From an uncultured Maribacter sp. (GTDB taxonomy: Bacteria > Bacteroidota > Bacteroidia > Flavobacteriales > Flavobacteriaceae): 64,000 bases of DNA. The DNA lies in assembly GCA_964351985.1 (NCBI GenBank), contig CAYGPR010000004.1, forward strand, positions 67,988-131,987. Direction: 5' to 3'. Numbering within the stretch: the first letter of the stretch is position 1; each line of letters starts with the position of its first letter. Below, piece after piece: positions 62,826 to 64,000 of the stretch. The notes below the pieces were generated by a model, which saw only the letters and a program-made list of their open reading frames with translations, was not told the DNA's origin and searched no databases. The position numbers were made by a program, and so were the translations under genes.

Positions 62826-64000
62826 ATGGCTACTAAATTACGTCTTGTTTTTTCAATTACCATAGCATTTCTATCCTTTTACGGTCACGAACAAAATAGC
62901 TATTGGAAACAAGAATCTTCACAAAATAAAGTTCAAAAGGGGTTTACGGAACGTTTTGATATTCAAAAAGGAACGGTTTTCACCTTTGACGAGGCCATCT
63001 TTAAAAAAGAACTGACCATTGTTTCAAAAGCTAGTAGGAGTTCAAAGGTTCTATATTTTCCAAATGTTGAGGGTCAACTAATTCCCTTTACGGTTTCGGA
63101 ATCTCCCGTGATGTCCCCTGAATTAGCTGCAAAATTCCCGGAAATAAAATCTTTTGTAGGTTACGGACTTAACGATAAGGGCGTGAAAATTCGATTTAGT
63201 GTATCCCATAAAGGCGTACAGAGTATGATAATCGATTCACGTGCGAAGGGCACGGTATTCATGCAAAAAGACGGGAAAGGGAAGTACGTGGTCTATAATA
63301 GAGATGGTCTTACCTCAAATACCGATTTCATTTGCGAGACAAAATCGTTTATGGAACAAAATATGGGTGTAAGTACGCAAAAACTACCCGAAAATAGAGT
63401 ACTTCGAAAATTTCGGTTGGCCGTATCGGCTTCTGGAGAGTACACCAATTATCACGGTGGCACCAAGGCGGATGCCATGGCCGCTATCAATGCTACATTA
63501 ACCCGTGTTAACGAAGTTTATGAAACCGATTTCGGGGTTTCGCTTGAACTCATTGCCAATAACGATGATGTGGTTTATACCAATGCGGCGAACGATCCCT
63601 ATACCGGAAACTTGAATGCTCAGGTTCAAGACGCATTGGACACCACTATCGGGGCCGAAAATTATGATATCGGGCATTTGTTCCATAAAGACCAAAATGG
63701 AGGTAATGCTGGGTTTATCGGTTCGGTCTGTCGAAATAACAGAAAAGGGAGCGCGTATTCTTCAGGGGAAAATCCCGAAGGTGATTTGTTCGATATTGAT
63801 TTTGTTTCACACGAGATGGGGCATCAATTTGGTGCCAATCATACGTGGTCTTTTGAACCTGAAGGCACAGAGGTACAAGTCGAGCCGGCCAGTGGCACGA
63901 CAATTATGGGATATGCCGGAATTACCGGCAACAATAACGTAGCGCCTAATGGCGATGATTATTTCCATTATCTGACCATTGAACAAGTATCCGAGTATTT
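62826..64000 (+). CDS. Reprolysin-like (M12B-type) zinc metalloprotease, N-terminal ~391 aa (3' end beyond the window; not in the ORF track because no stop is reached)
   Basis: My own translation from the ATG at 62826 gives MATKLRLVFSITIAFLSFYG... (signal peptide) and an uninterrupted frame to the window end, containing the zincin motif HEMGHQFGANH. Confidence 0.8.
   Translation, partial: MATKLRLVFSITIAFLSFYGHEQNSYWKQESSQNKVQKGFTERFDIQKGTVFTFDEAIFKKELTIVSKASRSSKVLYFPNVEGQLIPFTVSESPVMSPELAAKFPEIKSFVGYGLNDKGVKIRFSVSHKGVQSMIIDSRAKGTVFMQKDGKGKYVVYNRDGLTSNTDFICETKSFMEQNMGVSTQKLPENRVLRKFRLAVSASGEYTNYHGGTKADAMAAINATLTRVNEVYETDFGVSLELIANNDDVVYTNAANDPYTGNLNAQVQDALDTTIGAENYDIGHLFHKDQNGGNAGFIGSVCRNNRKGSAYSSGENPEGDLFDIDFVSHEMGHQFGANHTWSFEPEGTEVQVEPASGTTIMGYAGITGNNNVAPNGDDYFHYLTIEQVSEY

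Noticed and set aside
63331-63345. TCATTTGCGAGAC inside the metalloprotease gene resembles the family A start motif
   Set aside because: It differs from the motif by one inserted base, and no GCAATCTG end motif follows within 60 nt. It is most likely chance similarity within ordinary coding sequence.
1-64000. tRNA, rRNA, riboswitch, transposase, integrase or prophage content
   Set aside because: Intergenic gaps are short (the largest is 413 nt). None shows a tRNA T-arm (GGTTCGAATCC-like) cloverleaf or rRNA-like sequence. No ORF has transposase, integrase or phage hallmarks. I could not run covariance models, so small structured RNAs cannot be fully excluded.

Overview
This 64-kb segment looks like chromosomal DNA from a Flavobacteriia (Bacteroidota) genome, probably marine. 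Supporting signs are a SusC/SusD pair, a T9SS C-terminal sorting domain, many lipoprotein or Tat-signal periplasmic enzymes, and TAnnTTTG -7 promoter boxes 19-38 nt upstream of ten start codons. I call about 55 protein genes at high coding density. I found no rRNA, tRNA, CRISPR array, transposase, integrase or prophage. Gene content in order: a SusC/SusD locus with a double-propeller VCBS/ASPIC lipoprotein and a convergent heptaheme cytochrome c; an alpha-galactosidase / O-acetyltransferase / Na-solute symporter module; housekeeping genes (metG, mfd, fbp, lysC, rsmA, mgtE, serS, ribF); a DUF1800/DUF1501 pair; secreted hydrolases; a four-gene ligase-associated DNA-damage-response set (exonuclease, ATP-dependent ligase, Lhr-like helicase, PdeM) split by an opposite-strand ribose module; and an ars-like operon. 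The main signal not explained by gene calls is a family of short GC-rich palindromic repeats with conserved termini (GTCATTGCGAG...GCAATCTG) and variable internal hairpins, plus related palindromes. These fill intergenic spacers and form a mosaic at three loci. At least two, possibly three, sit in frame inside essential or repair genes (metG, mfd, DNA ligase), which resembles the Rickettsia palindromic element phenomenon. Other points worth a second look: three consecutive ars-operon proteins that end in vicinal Cys-Cys; a DUF1501 protein with both a Tat signal and a T9SS sorting tail; and a SusC/D locus with no glycoside hydrolase next to a multiheme cytochrome. All family assignments rest on motif recognition by eye. 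No database search was run.
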